From: Spirochaetia bacterium
GTDB lineage: Bacteria; Spirochaetota; Spirochaetia; UBA9216
NCBI GenBank assembly: GCA_963675665.1
Contig: OY776510.1
Span: forward strand, 1,056,001-1,120,000
Length of the DNA stretch: 64,000 bases
Direction: 5' to 3'
Shown here in pieces: positions 30,368 to 39,737 of this stretch (within the stretch, counting starts at the first letter, position 1; each line of letters starts with the position of its first letter). Below the pieces are notes generated by a model, which saw only the letters and a program-made list of their open reading frames with translations, was not told the DNA's origin and made no database searches. A program made the position numbers and the translations under genes.

Positions 30368-30632
30368 GGGAGTGTCAGGAATTCTGTGTTTTTTTGTGAG
30401 CCTCTTAAAGCTCATATTGCTTTAGATGTTCGCTGAAATGAATCATGAACTGGGATTATATCGAACCCCGGTTCATGATTTTCTGAAACCATTTCGTTTC
30501 AAGCCATTCAGTTGTAATGCAGAAAAGCTTGACCAACGAATCTTCATTCGGAAAGATCGCAATCGAATTTGTTGTATAAATAAGCTTCGAAGGTCTTTTA
30601 AATATTTGAAAAATGTTGAGAGTTCACATATT
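30368..30632 (-). pseudogene. IS256-family transposase 3' remnant with terminal inverted repeat
   Basis: Minus strand reads ELSTFFKY.KDLR/LIYTTNSI / IFPNEDSLVKL...KW...SQFMIHF with frameshift, deletion and stop; end GGGAGTGTCAGGAATTCTGTGT at 30368-30389. Confidence 0.75.
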
Positions 30633-30639
30633 GCAAATC

Positions 30640-30971
30640 ATTTTTCTTGTAGCTTAGTCTTTATAAAGCATCCTAATAATGTTGGGTTGTTAATCTTAAT
30701 GTCTTGTACCAAACATTTTTAGCTTTCAAATAGCTATGCTCTTGGATTTTTCTGGTTTTATTTAGAATCAGTTTTTTAAAAATATGATATTTTTCAATAT
30801 TAAAAGTGGTAATCATTAACCATTTAGAAGAAGAATTTAAAATGTATAAAAGTAAAGTATCTTAATAAAGCAGCTTGACAAATGAAAAGTCATGACTTAA
30901 AATTATTTATTACTAAAAGGGAGGCTGTTTGAAAGTGTAATTGGTAAACAAATCCTTTTAAATATCTTTAT
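30640..30971. repeat. Promoter region, copy 2
   Basis: Colinear homology with 28695-29025; TTGACA at 30875. Confidence 0.9.
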
Positions 30972-30973
30972 AT

Positions 30974-31729
30974 ATGGAGAAGAAAATGGCAAAAAAGGCA
31001 TTAATCGTCAGAGGCGGCTGGGTAGGCCATAATCCTGTGGAGTTTTCAGAGTTTTATCGAGATTTTCTGGTAAAAGAAGGTTATGAAGTAGAAGTCTCGG
31101 ATACACTTGAGATACTGGAGGATGAAAAAATGATGATGGGGCTGGATTTATTCCTGCCTCACTGGACAAACGACACAATCACGCAGAAACAGTATGGACC
31201 TGTAGTCAAGGCGGTAATTAATGGTTGTGGAATTGCAGGAGTTCATGGTGGTATGTGTGATTCTTTTCACGACTGCATGGACTGGCAGTTTATGACCGGA
31301 GGACAGTGGGTATCGCACCCCGGCGGACAGAAGGTGAAGTATACAGTTAATATTAAGAGAGGCAGCCATGACATCGTAAAGGATTTACCGGATTTTGATA
31401 TGGAATCTGAGCAGTACTATATGCATATTGATCCGGCTGCCAATGTGCTTGCTACTACAAGAGTACCTGTTGGTGTAGGTCCTTTTGTTCCCGACATGAA
31501 CTCTGATATTGAACCGGTAAGCGGATACGGAGTATGGAATTTTGAGCCTGAAACTGCAGCATCAGGACCTCATGTTTTGAATGGACCTGTCGACATGCCT
31601 GTTGCATGGACTAAATATTTCGGACTTGGAAGAGTTTTCTTTACCTCCTGCCCGCATATTTTCTCTGATATGAAGGAGCCGACTCTGACGGAGATGATTA
31701 AACGCGGAATACTATGGGCATCAAAATAG
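30974..31729 (+). CDS. ThuA-domain (class I GATase-like) protein
   Basis: GGWVGH.P, G.HGG.CDSF, GGQWVSHPG, SEQYY.H.DP, G.GRVF. Confidence 0.85.
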   Translation: MEKKMAKKALIVRGGWVGHNPVEFSEFYRDFLVKEGYEVEVSDTLEILEDEKMMMGLDLFLPHWTNDTITQKQYGPVVKAVINGCGIAGVHGGMCDSFHDCMDWQFMTGGQWVSHPGGQKVKYTVNIKRGSHDIVKDLPDFDMESEQYYMHIDPAANVLATTRVPVGVGPFVPDMNSDIEPVSGYGVWNFEPETAASGPHVLNGPVDMPVAWTKYFGLGRVFFTSCPHIFSDMKEPTLTEMIKRGILWASK

Positions 31730-31751
31730 TAAATAACAGGAGGAAATAATA

Positions 31752-32921
31752 ATGGCAGATAAAGTAAAGGTAGGCTTAATTGGATGCGGAGTCATTTCAG
31801 CTATCTATATTGAGAATGCACAGAATTTTAAATCGTATGAAATTGTGGCCTGCTCTGATCTAATTAATGAAAGAGCAGTTGATCGAGCTGAAAAATATGG
31901 TATTCCCCGGGTATGTACAAATCAGGATATATATGATGATCCTGAGATTGAAGTGGTATTGGACCTCACAAATCCGCAGTCTCATGCAGAAGTAAATTTA
32001 GGAGCACTTGAAGCAGGAAAACACGTCTGGTGTGAAAAACCTCTGGCAGTTGATCTTGAAGACGGTTTGAAAACTATAGAGCTGGCAAAGAAGAAGAATC
32101 TCAGGGTAGGCTGCGCACCCGATACATTTCTTGGCGGCAGGATGCAGATGGTTAGAAAGATAGTTGATGACGGCTGGCTGGGCAATATTATCGGTGGGAC
32201 AGCTACTATGCTCATTCCTGGACATGAGTTATGGCATCCCGGCCCTGATTTTTACTATAAGAAAGGGGCAGGTCCTCTTTTTGATATGGCACCTTACTAT
32301 ATAACAGCCCTGTTGTCTACATTGGGACCGGTAAAGAGTATCTCAGGTGCTATTGCCACTACGTATAAACAGAGAGAGATAAAATGTGAGCCTCTTAAAG
32401 GTCAATTGATGGATGTAGAGGTTCCCACTCATGTTTCAGGTATTCTCCAGTTTGAGAACGGAGCAATTGTAAATTTAATCGTAACATTCGATGTATGGGA
32501 TTCTAAATTGCCCAGGTTGGAATTATATGGAACAGAAGGTACATTATCGATTGATGATGCTGATCCATATGGCGGGCCGAATACGTTTGAAGGGCCTATA
32601 AAGTTTAGAACAAAGGATGAATCTGACTGGCTTGGTTTTCCTACGCAGATTCCAAGACGTCCGGAAGCGACTGAATGGCCGAGAATCCCAACCCTTTTTC
32701 AGTACAACAGCAACAGTCGCGGCGTTGGTCTTGCAGATTTAACTACCGCCCTTCAGTCAGGTCGTGTTCACAGGGCCAGTGGTGAGATGGCTTATCATGC
32801 ACTCGAGGTTATGCATGGAATATTAATCTCTGCTGATACTGAAAAAAACTATAACCCCAAGAGCAGTTTTGAGCGACCTGCTCCAATGGTCGCAAACCTT
32901 CCTGAGTTTACTCTGGACTAG
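31752..32921 (+). CDS. Gfo/Idh/MocA oxidoreductase (paralog 2)
   Basis: GCGVIS, EKP, GAGPLFDMAPYY; colinear with 29200-30363. Confidence 0.9.
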   Translation: MADKVKVGLIGCGVISAIYIENAQNFKSYEIVACSDLINERAVDRAEKYGIPRVCTNQDIYDDPEIEVVLDLTNPQSHAEVNLGALEAGKHVWCEKPLAVDLEDGLKTIELAKKKNLRVGCAPDTFLGGRMQMVRKIVDDGWLGNIIGGTATMLIPGHELWHPGPDFYYKKGAGPLFDMAPYYITALLSTLGPVKSISGAIATTYKQREIKCEPLKGQLMDVEVPTHVSGILQFENGAIVNLIVTFDVWDSKLPRLELYGTEGTLSIDDADPYGGPNTFEGPIKFRTKDESDWLGFPTQIPRRPEATEWPRIPTLFQYNSNSRGVGLADLTTALQSGRVHRASGEMAYHALEVMHGILISADTEKNYNPKSSFERPAPMVANLPEFTLD

Positions 32922-32932
32922 ATTACTTATTC

Positions 32933-32968
32933 ACTGCCCGGATACTTTTAGTTTCCGGGCAGTTTTTA
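32933..32968 (+). terminator. Intrinsic terminator, insertion target of the group IIC intron
   Basis: ACTGCCCGGA...TCCGGGCAGT followed by TTTTA; intron begins immediately after. Confidence 0.85.
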
Positions 32969-33518
32969 GTTTGCCCTGCATGGGTAATGACTTGACGGTG
33001 AGAGTCCGTTACAGGTGGTAGTGTTAAAGAAACTGTTAGCTGACAGCAAGGGCGTAGTCGTGAGGCTGGGTCTGAAGGAAGCATGAGGCAAATTTCCGAA
33101 CCGACGAACAGAAATCACATATAAGGCTTTATCAGTGGACGAGTTTGCTAAAAGTGACGAAATCCGCACTACAACTGATGAAGTAAATGTGGCGGTTACA
33201 TGGAAGGAAAGTCATTATCCTTAACGGGGGAGGTCTCATGGACGTCTTAGGCTGCAATATCGCTTATTATAGACGGAGTAAAGCTTGCCATGAGAAGTCA
33301 GCAGAAGCCATAGTAGTGATGAGGAAACATCATGAAGGGCTGAACAATCAAATACCTTTCAAAGCGGAAAGGCCTACCTGATAATCCGAACGACGAAAAA
33401 AAAAGTCTTCACAGGGGATAATTCAGAGTAGAAAGGAACACATGAGAAAGGACGACAAGTTAATACCGAATACCAATCTATGCGAACAACTGATTTCCCG
33501 TAAGCGGTAATTCTTCCC

Positions 33519-35051
33519 CTATGACTTTATCTGTTCAGCGGTCAGGTTGAACGGTAGCAGTTTTTCATAATCTGCGGGTTCTTCACAGTACGGTAACTTG
33601 CGAAAAACATAGTAGAAGTAATCATAGACCGATAGCTTCTGCAATTTAGCAGATTCAACAAGACTGTAGAGTACCGCCGAAGATTCGGCTCCATGTTCGG
33701 TGTCGGAAAACAACCAGTTCTTCCGTCCGATTACAAACGGCCGGATTGCATTTTCAGCAATGTTGTTCGACGGAGTAAGCAGCGGATCTTCCAAGTATAA
33801 CTTTAACTGAACCCAGTTATCAAGCGTGTATGATATCGCCTTCCCGAAAGCCATTGTAGGCGGAGTCCCTGCTGCATGTTTAGTAAGCTGTTTGAATAAA
33901 GAATCAAGGATAGATCCGGCCTGGTTGGCTCGATGCTTCTGAAAGCCTTTTTGGGAATATTGCTCGCGCAGGGCTTCAAGCTCGAACAGGTCTTTAATCA
34001 ATTCAAGTATATGTTTTACTTCCGGAGATTTAGACATCTCCCAGTATTTATAAAAATACCTTCTGGCATGCGCCCAACATAAAACATGACGGGGTCCATC
34101 ATGTCCATCTTTTCGCAGCCTTTTCAAAGCAGTGTGATAGGCCTCATAATCATCAGTCTGCAGCCAACCGGTATAACCTTGCAGAAAATCATACGGTATT
34201 TCATGAGAACGGCCTGTTTCATACTGAAACACTACCGATTTTTTATCAGGTTTTCCGCCAAGAAAGACCCACATCCAGGATTTATCCTGTGCTTTGCGAC
34301 CTTTTTCTTTCAAAACCTGTACCCGGGTTTCATCGGCATTTATTATCGGCCCGTTTTTAATATTATCTTTAAGCAACTCATAAATCGGTCTGCATTTATC
34401 AGCGCACTTTATTGCCAATGTGCTCAGTGTTGCCCTTGGAATATCTGCACCAATTGTATTCAGTCTCTTGCTCTGACGGTAGAACGGGAGAGCATATTCA
34501 AACTTCTCATTTATGATCCACGCGAGAAGGCTTTCATCGGCAATGCTCCCGGCGATCAGATGTTTAATCCCTTCAGCAGTCTGCACCCCCGAAGTTTCAT
34601 CGGTGGTTCCTTCACAATTTCTGCAAACATATTTTTTCTTTATCTCACGCCTGACTACTACTTTCGCAGGAACTATGCATAGCCGTTCGGAGACATCTTC
34701 ACCAATACAAATCTTCTCAGTTCCGCAAGCGCATGTTTTATCTTCCTCATCAATATCGTATTCAATAATTTCTCGGGGAAGATCTTCTGACAGAGCTTTT
34801 CTACCGACACCCTTACGAACAGTTTTCGTGTGAGCTTTTACTTCACGGGTCTCAGTTTCTATTTCTTCGTTCTGCTCAAATGCCGTATCCTCTGCCTCGT
34901 TGAAAAGTGACGCCTGTTTTTTATTTTCATTCGTGAGCTTCTCTGATTTTGTTCCGAAATGAAGAGATTGCAAAAGCTGGACCTGCTCTTCTAATCGGGC
35001 AATTTTTATTTTTAATTTCTCATTCTCTTCAAGCAAAGCCTGGCTGTTCAT
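33519..35051 (-). CDS. tnpC: IS66 transposase
   Basis: Coiled coil + FG.KSE, zinc finger, ADET, CWAHARR, NN.AENAIRP...GRKNWLF. Confidence 0.95.
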   Translation of the reverse strand: MNSQALLEENEKLKIKIARLEEQVQLLQSLHFGTKSEKLTNENKKQASLFNEAEDTAFEQNEEIETETREVKAHTKTVRKGVGRKALSEDLPREIIEYDIDEEDKTCACGTEKICIGEDVSERLCIVPAKVVVRREIKKKYVCRNCEGTTDETSGVQTAEGIKHLIAGSIADESLLAWIINEKFEYALPFYRQSKRLNTIGADIPRATLSTLAIKCADKCRPIYELLKDNIKNGPIINADETRVQVLKEKGRKAQDKSWMWVFLGGKPDKKSVVFQYETGRSHEIPYDFLQGYTGWLQTDDYEAYHTALKRLRKDGHDGPRHVLCWAHARRYFYKYWEMSKSPEVKHILELIKDLFELEALREQYSQKGFQKHRANQAGSILDSLFKQLTKHAAGTPPTMAFGKAISYTLDNWVQLKLYLEDPLLTPSNNIAENAIRPFVIGRKNWLFSDTEHGAESSAVLYSLVESAKLQKLSVYDYFYYVFRKLPYCEEPADYEKLLPFNLTAEQIKS

Positions 35052-35089
35052 AAATAAATTTTAACATGATTAAATTCCGGTGTGAAGCA

Positions 35090-35434
35090 TTAAACGCGGG
35101 AATATGATAATTCTTTATGCGCGTTGAAGAAATCTATCCCGTCCAGCAGCATCTTAAGTTCCTCGAATCTGATTTCTCTGGCCTCTTCTTCTGTTTCAGG
35201 CCAGGGAAACTTGTTCTTCTCCAACCGTTTCTGCCATAGGCAGAATCCGTTTCGATCCCAGTAGACAATTTTCAAAAGTTTTTGTTGGCCGTTACAGAAC
35301 AGAAACAAACTTTTCGAAAACGGGTCATTATGCATTACGTTCTGAATCTGAAGGCTCAATCCGTTTACCCCTTTTCTTAAATCCGTTTTGCCGGGCCGTA
35401 TAAAATATCGGTAATCTGTATAATCGAAAATCAT
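35090..35434 (-). CDS. tnpB: IS66 accessory protein TnpB
   Basis: TDLRKG..GL, WDRNGFCLWQKRLE. Confidence 0.95.
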   Translation of the reverse strand: MIFDYTDYRYFIRPGKTDLRKGVNGLSLQIQNVMHNDPFSKSLFLFCNGQQKLLKIVYWDRNGFCLWQKRLEKNKFPWPETEEEAREIRFEELKMLLDGIDFFNAHKELSYSRV

Positions 35435-35766
35435 TCAAGTTCTCCGATTATTCTCAGAACTGATTTCAGCTCGGCTTCATCAAACCCGGCAGTTATTGAT
35501 ATTAAAAACTTTTTGGACTTCAATACAATTGGTGCAGCTGCTACAGATTGAACGGGTTTTATTTCTATTATCTCTGAGCTCTTTGACAGGTTCATACCGA
35601 ACCGTTTTCTGTGCTTATAGAAAGTATTTGGATGAATTTCAATCTCTTTGCAAAACTCCGGAATTGATTTTCCGCTCATCTGTTGTTGTTCAAATATTTC
35701 TTCCCAGTTTTTGATTATCTTCTTCATTTCATTCCTCCGTGATTCTTTTCCCGGAGGATAGTACAT
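35431..35766 (-). CDS. tnpA: IS66 accessory protein TnpA
   Basis: W...QQ.SGKSI.EFC...I...TFY HTH; start may be internal MKKIIK. Confidence 0.8.
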   Translation of the reverse strand: MYYPPGKESRRNEMKKIIKNWEEIFEQQQMSGKSIPEFCKEIEIHPNTFYKHRKRFGMNLSKSSEIIEIKPVQSVAAAPIVLKSKKFLISITAGFDEAELKSVLRIIGELE

Positions 35767-37378
35767 TTTCAGATTTTCGCAAGAAGGAAAGAATTACCGC
35801 TTACGATTTCCCCTGCAAATATTCAGGAAGCTGTCAGAAAGGTGATGGCAAATAAAGGTGCCTGTGGAGTGGATGGAATGGGAGTAGAAGAACTCCCGAA
35901 ATACTTCGAGGCGAACTATCCTGAAATATGCAGGCAGATTTTGAGCAGGAAGTACAAACCAAAACCAGTACTGCGAGTAGAAATACCAAAAGACAACGGG
36001 GGCGTACGACTTCTGGGGATCCCCACGGTAATAGACCGTGTAATCCAACAGGCTATGGTTCAGGTTTTAACTCCGGTGTTTGAACCGACTTTCAGCGACT
36101 TTAGTTTTGGGTTTCGACCGAACAGAAGCGCAGAAGATGCGGTTCGACTCGCCCAGACCTACATGTCCGAAGGATACACCCATGTAGTTGATTTGGATTT
36201 ATCCAAGTTCTTCGACACTGTAAACCATGACATCCTAATGAGTTTGATAGACAAACACATGGACGATAAGGACATCAGGAGGCTCATCTACGTATTCTTA
36301 AAAAGCGGAGTGATGACGGATGGAAGTATGATGGCCACAGCCTTGGGAACACCTCAGGGGGGACCGCTGTCTCCACTACTGTCAAATATTTATCTAACCC
36401 CGTATGACAAGGAATTGGAAAAGCGGGGATTACGTTTTGTCAGGTACGCAGATGACTGTAACATCTTCACAAAGAGCAAGAGGTCTTCTTACCGGGTGAG
36501 AGATAGTGTGAAAAGCTATCTTGAGCGAAAATTAAAACTTAAAGTGAATATGGAAAAGACAGAGGCGCGAAAAGCCGCGGGCTCTTCCTTCCTCGGATTC
36601 ACCTTCTTGACCTACGGGAAACAGGAAATATTAGGAATAGTCTATCCTCAAAAGAAGAAACTTAAGAAGCTCGAAGACCGTATCAGACTAATTACCCGAC
36701 GTAACAGAGGAGTAAAGATTGAAACGGTTATTAAAGAGCTTAACAGCATGTTCAGAGGATGGATAGGATACTTCGCAAGAAGCTCCATGAAAAACTACCT
36801 CGAAAGGTTGGTGGAGTGGACAAGAAGACGCATTCGCCAATATCTTTGGAAACAGTGGAAAACCGGAAGGAATAGAAAACATCGTTTGAGACAATTAGGC
36901 GTTAGTGATTCTGTTCTGAGCCATTGGAAACTTGGAAGCAACTCTTATTGGAAAATGGCCGGTGTTATGAATCCTCTGTTGAAGAACGATATAATTCATA
37001 ATCACTTTGGGTTGTTAGATGCTCTGGATTTCTACAAGAAACTCCATACGAAACGCATGGAGGCTGATCGGGTGGTACTTGATTTGAGGTACCACAGTCT
37101 ATTTGGTTGAACCGCCGTATACCGAACGGTACGTACGGTGGTGTGAGAGGCAGAAATTTATTGATTTCTGCCTACTCGATTTTAAAGATAATAAAATAAT
37201 TTAATAAAGCAAAAATGTGAAATCACTCAATTTTTGTATTTGAACCAATTAGAATGGGATAATGAGTAAAACGGTCTAATTTGCCGTCTAAAGTGGTGAT
37301 AATTAGATAAATTTACATAATATGCTACAAATTTAGTAATATTTTTCCTGAAAATATACGGATTTATTAGTAAAATTA

Positions 37379-37422
37379 CTTAATAAAGTAGCTTGACAAA
37401 TAGAGGAAGTGGTATTAAACTT
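37379..37422 (+). promoter_or_regulatory. Promoter with the shared CTTAATAAAG box 4 nt upstream of TTGACA
   Basis: cttaataaag-tagc-ttgaca, same geometry as at 28916 and 30861. Confidence 0.65.
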
Positions 37423-37497
37423 TTAAATTATAATGGCAGTCTGCATCCGAATTGTATATTATGTTCGGCAGGCGCTATAAACAAAAGGAGATTGGAA

Positions 37498-38451
37498 ATG
37501 AGAAAAGTCTTGATTATGTTTGTTTGCTTTGCAATGGCAGCATCTTTTGCAGTTGCAGGCGGAGCACAGGAAGAGGGAGATACTGTTGTTTTACTTAATA
37601 TCGGTATGCAATCGCCGTATCCGCCGTTATATTCCGACAATCTTGAAAAACACCTGAATGCTGAAGGAATTGAGATGTTCATGTTTGACGGCAAGTTTGA
37701 TGCACAGCTGCAGTCAAGCCAGATGGACGATGCAATTGCAATGAGCCCCAAGGCGATAGTTGTATTTCCCGTTGATTCTGCGGCAATGGCTACAGCAATC
37801 AAAAAAGCTTATGATGCGGGAATACCTGTAATTATGGGAAACGGTCAGCCTGTTGAAGCATCAGTTCCCTATACAACTCTTTATTTTGGACCGAACAACT
37901 ATGAAGAAGGAAAGGTTGCCGGAAATACTGCCAACGAGATTCTTGGAAGTTCAGGAAACGTAGTTATCGTTGAAGGTGCAACAGGACAGGATGCGTCCAT
38001 CAAGAGAACCGAAGGTTTTAAAGATGTGCTTAACCCGGGTATCAAGGTTCTGGCAGCACAGCCTGCAGACTGGGTAAAAGATGATGCGGTCAGGGTTATG
38101 TCCGATTTTATCACAAGTTATGGTGCTGATATTGATTTAATCTGGTCTCATAGTGATGATATGGGCGCCGGTGTAGGTATTGCGCTTGAAGAAGCCGGTT
38201 ATAAACCTGGTGAAATACCGTCGGTATCTTTAGGCGGAAGCAAGGCCGGAATGGAATCGATAGAAGCCGGTTACATAACAAACCTGATTATACAGTCTCC
38301 AATTGATGAAACCGATCAGTTGGCTCCTTTTGTAATCAAGGTAGTAAAAGAAGGCTGGAAGGCCGGACAGCAGTGGGACCCGTACTGGAATTTTATGGAA
38401 ACTCCTGTAGTCGACGGAAGCTCATATAAGCCTTACATGCCGGGATTCTAA
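37498..38451 (+). CDS. Sugar ABC transporter substrate-binding protein
   Basis: GGAG RBS, signal peptide ending FAVAGGAQE, RbsB-like AGIPVI, N..EG, R..GF, DDMG.G. Confidence 0.9.
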   Translation: MRKVLIMFVCFAMAASFAVAGGAQEEGDTVVLLNIGMQSPYPPLYSDNLEKHLNAEGIEMFMFDGKFDAQLQSSQMDDAIAMSPKAIVVFPVDSAAMATAIKKAYDAGIPVIMGNGQPVEASVPYTTLYFGPNNYEEGKVAGNTANEILGSSGNVVIVEGATGQDASIKRTEGFKDVLNPGIKVLAAQPADWVKDDAVRVMSDFITSYGADIDLIWSHSDDMGAGVGIALEEAGYKPGEIPSVSLGGSKAGMESIEAGYITNLIIQSPIDETDQLAPFVIKVVKEGWKAGQQWDPYWNFMETPVVDGSSYKPYMPGF

Positions 38452-38468
38452 AAAAACGATTTTACATC

Positions 38469-38497
38469 GGGGAGCGTTAAAAGCTCCCCTTTTTTTT
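38469..38497 (+). terminator. Intrinsic terminator
   Basis: GGGGAGC-gttaaaa-GCTCCCC-tttttttt. Confidence 0.85.
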
Positions 38498-38546
38498 GTT
38501 TAATTCATTTATCCGGTGCTGTCTTTTTATGAATAAACCCGGACGG

Positions 38547-39737
38547 TTATTCCGGTAAAGGTAAATCATCGGGTAATTGATGAATTTTAGGTCTTCTCGG
38601 CTGTCGTTTCGGTATCATGCTGCGCATTGCTTCAAGTTTGCCGAAACAAAGCAGCCTGTCGTTGGCTTCCAGTATTCTGGAGTCCCTCGGGTTTGGGATT
38701 ACTTCAGTACCTCTGTGCAGCGTAAGAACCGTTATGTCGTTGTCCCTCAATCCGGAATCCCTGATGCTTGAACCTATCAGATGACTGTCTTCCTTTACAA
38801 GAAGTTCGGCTACTCCGTAGCCTGTGCTTACGGTAAGCCTTTGCCTGACATCAAGTTCGGGAAATGCAACCTGATTTGATATATAATCGATTATTGAGCC
38901 GGCTATATCCAGGTTTGTCGCTTTTTCAATTCCTTCAAGCCCCGGTGATGAATTGACTTCCAGAATAAGCGGCCCGCCGCCGCTTTCTATCATATCTACG
39001 CCGGCGACCTTAAGCCCCATTATCTGGGCTGTTCTTACTGCCGTACGCTCATATTCTGCAGTAAGTTTAACGGCTTCAGTTGATCCGCCCCTATGATAAT
39101 TGGAACGAAATTCATCGCCCCTGGCTGTTCTTCGCATGGCAGCAACAACACGATCGCCGACAACGAAAGCCCTTATATCGCTGCCCTTGCTTTCTCCCAC
39201 ATAATTCTGGATAAGCACATTCTGCTTGGTGCTATGGAGGGTTTCAATAATTGCTTCTGCAACCTTTTTATCCGGGGCGAGAATTACTCCTATCCCCTGG
39301 GTTCCTTCAAGAAGCTTGATAATAACGGGAGCGCCGCCGACCCTTTCAATTGCCGGTATAACATCTTTTCTGTCCCGTACAAAGGTGGTCGCCGGAATTC
39401 CTATATCGTGTCTTGATAAAATTTGGGTCGCGCGGAGCTTGTCTCTTGAATTGAGTATTCCGTTTGAAGTATTCGGAGTGTATACATCCATCTGTTCAAA
39501 TTGCCGGACAACTGCTGTTCCGAAATATGTTATTGATGCTCCAATCCGGGGGATTACGGCATCAAAATCGTGAACCGGATTTCCGCGATATTGCAGGTCC
39601 GGCTCATTTCCGGAAAAATCTATTGCAAACCTGAGAGTATTCATGATTTTACTGTCATATCCACGTTCTGCTGCAGCCATTTTCAATCTTTGGGTGCTGT
39701 AAGATTTCGGGGCGCATGAAAGAATTGCAATTTTCAT
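38547..39737 (-). CDS. rimK: RimK-family ATP-grasp glutamate ligase with C-terminal RCK_C/TrkA-C domain
   Basis: MKIAILS..YST.RL, SRDKLR, EGTQGIGV, FRSN.HRGG, EVNSSPGLEGIE; extra C-terminal LIGSSI....V.L.RG...IPNP...LEA.D.L. Confidence 0.85.
   Translation of the reverse strand: MKIAILSCAPKSYSTQRLKMAAAERGYDSKIMNTLRFAIDFSGNEPDLQYRGNPVHDFDAVIPRIGASITYFGTAVVRQFEQMDVYTPNTSNGILNSRDKLRATQILSRHDIGIPATTFVRDRKDVIPAIERVGGAPVIIKLLEGTQGIGVILAPDKKVAEAIIETLHSTKQNVLIQNYVGESKGSDIRAFVVGDRVVAAMRRTARGDEFRSNYHRGGSTEAVKLTAEYERTAVRTAQIMGLKVAGVDMIESGGGPLILEVNSSPGLEGIEKATNLDIAGSIIDYISNQVAFPELDVRQRLTVSTGYGVAELLVKEDSHLIGSSIRDSGLRDNDITVLTLHRGTEVIPNPRDSRILEANDRLLCFGKLEAMRSMIPKRQPRRPKIHQLPDDLPLPE

Larger units (their letters stand above)
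33500..35804 (-). mobile_element. IS66-family insertion sequence
   Basis: TIRs GTAAGCGGTAATTCTT (33500) / AAGAATTACCGCTTAC (ends 35804); 8-bp TSD GATTTCCC at 33492-33499 and 35805-35812; tnpA-tnpB-tnpC. Confidence 0.95.
33442..37110 (+). pseudogene. ltrA: Group II intron reverse transcriptase/maturase split by IS66 (33442-33499 + 35813-37110)
   Basis: Removing the IS and one TSD copy restores MRKDDKLIPNTNLCEQLISPANIQEAVRKVMANKGACGVDG in frame; RT motifs LGIPTVIDR, GTPQGGPLSPLL, RYADD; no endonuclease domain. Confidence 0.9.
32969..37180 (+). mobile_element. Group IIC intron (ribozyme + RT/maturase), interrupted by IS66
   Basis: 5' GTTTGCCCTGCATGGGT, IIC domain I motifs (GGTGAGAGTCC, GCAAGGG, TCTGAAGGAAGC, GGGGAGGTCT); DV GAACCGCCGTATACCGAACGGTACGTACGGTGGT at 37109, DVI hairpin and ...CTCGAT end at 37180. 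Confidence 0.9.

Noticed and set aside
30426-30722. 98-aa plus-strand ORF
   Set aside because: It is an antisense shadow of the IS256 remnant and duplicated promoter, with no recognisable motifs.
30395-32400. 16-bp exact repeat TGTGAGCCTCTTAAAG at 30395 and 32385
   Set aside because: One copy is inside a coding region with no element boundaries. A 16-mer match in an AT-rich 64-kb window is plausible by chance.
32966-33381. Short ORFs 32966-33169 (-) and 33187-33381 (+)
   Set aside because: They lie within the intron ribozyme domains I-III and are not credible proteins.
35090-35434. TnpB as an RNA-guided nuclease
   Set aside because: This is the 114-aa IS66 accessory TnpB, unrelated to IS200/IS605 RuvC TnpB.
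35842-37110. RT as a retron, DGR or defence RT
   Set aside because: It is flanked by clear group IIC domain I and DV/DVI RNA and inserted after a terminator. No msr/msd or TR/VR pair was seen.
37393-37497. N-terminal extension of the binding protein in the ORF track
   Set aside because: The TTG is the promoter -35 box. The RBS and signal peptide indicate a start at 37498.
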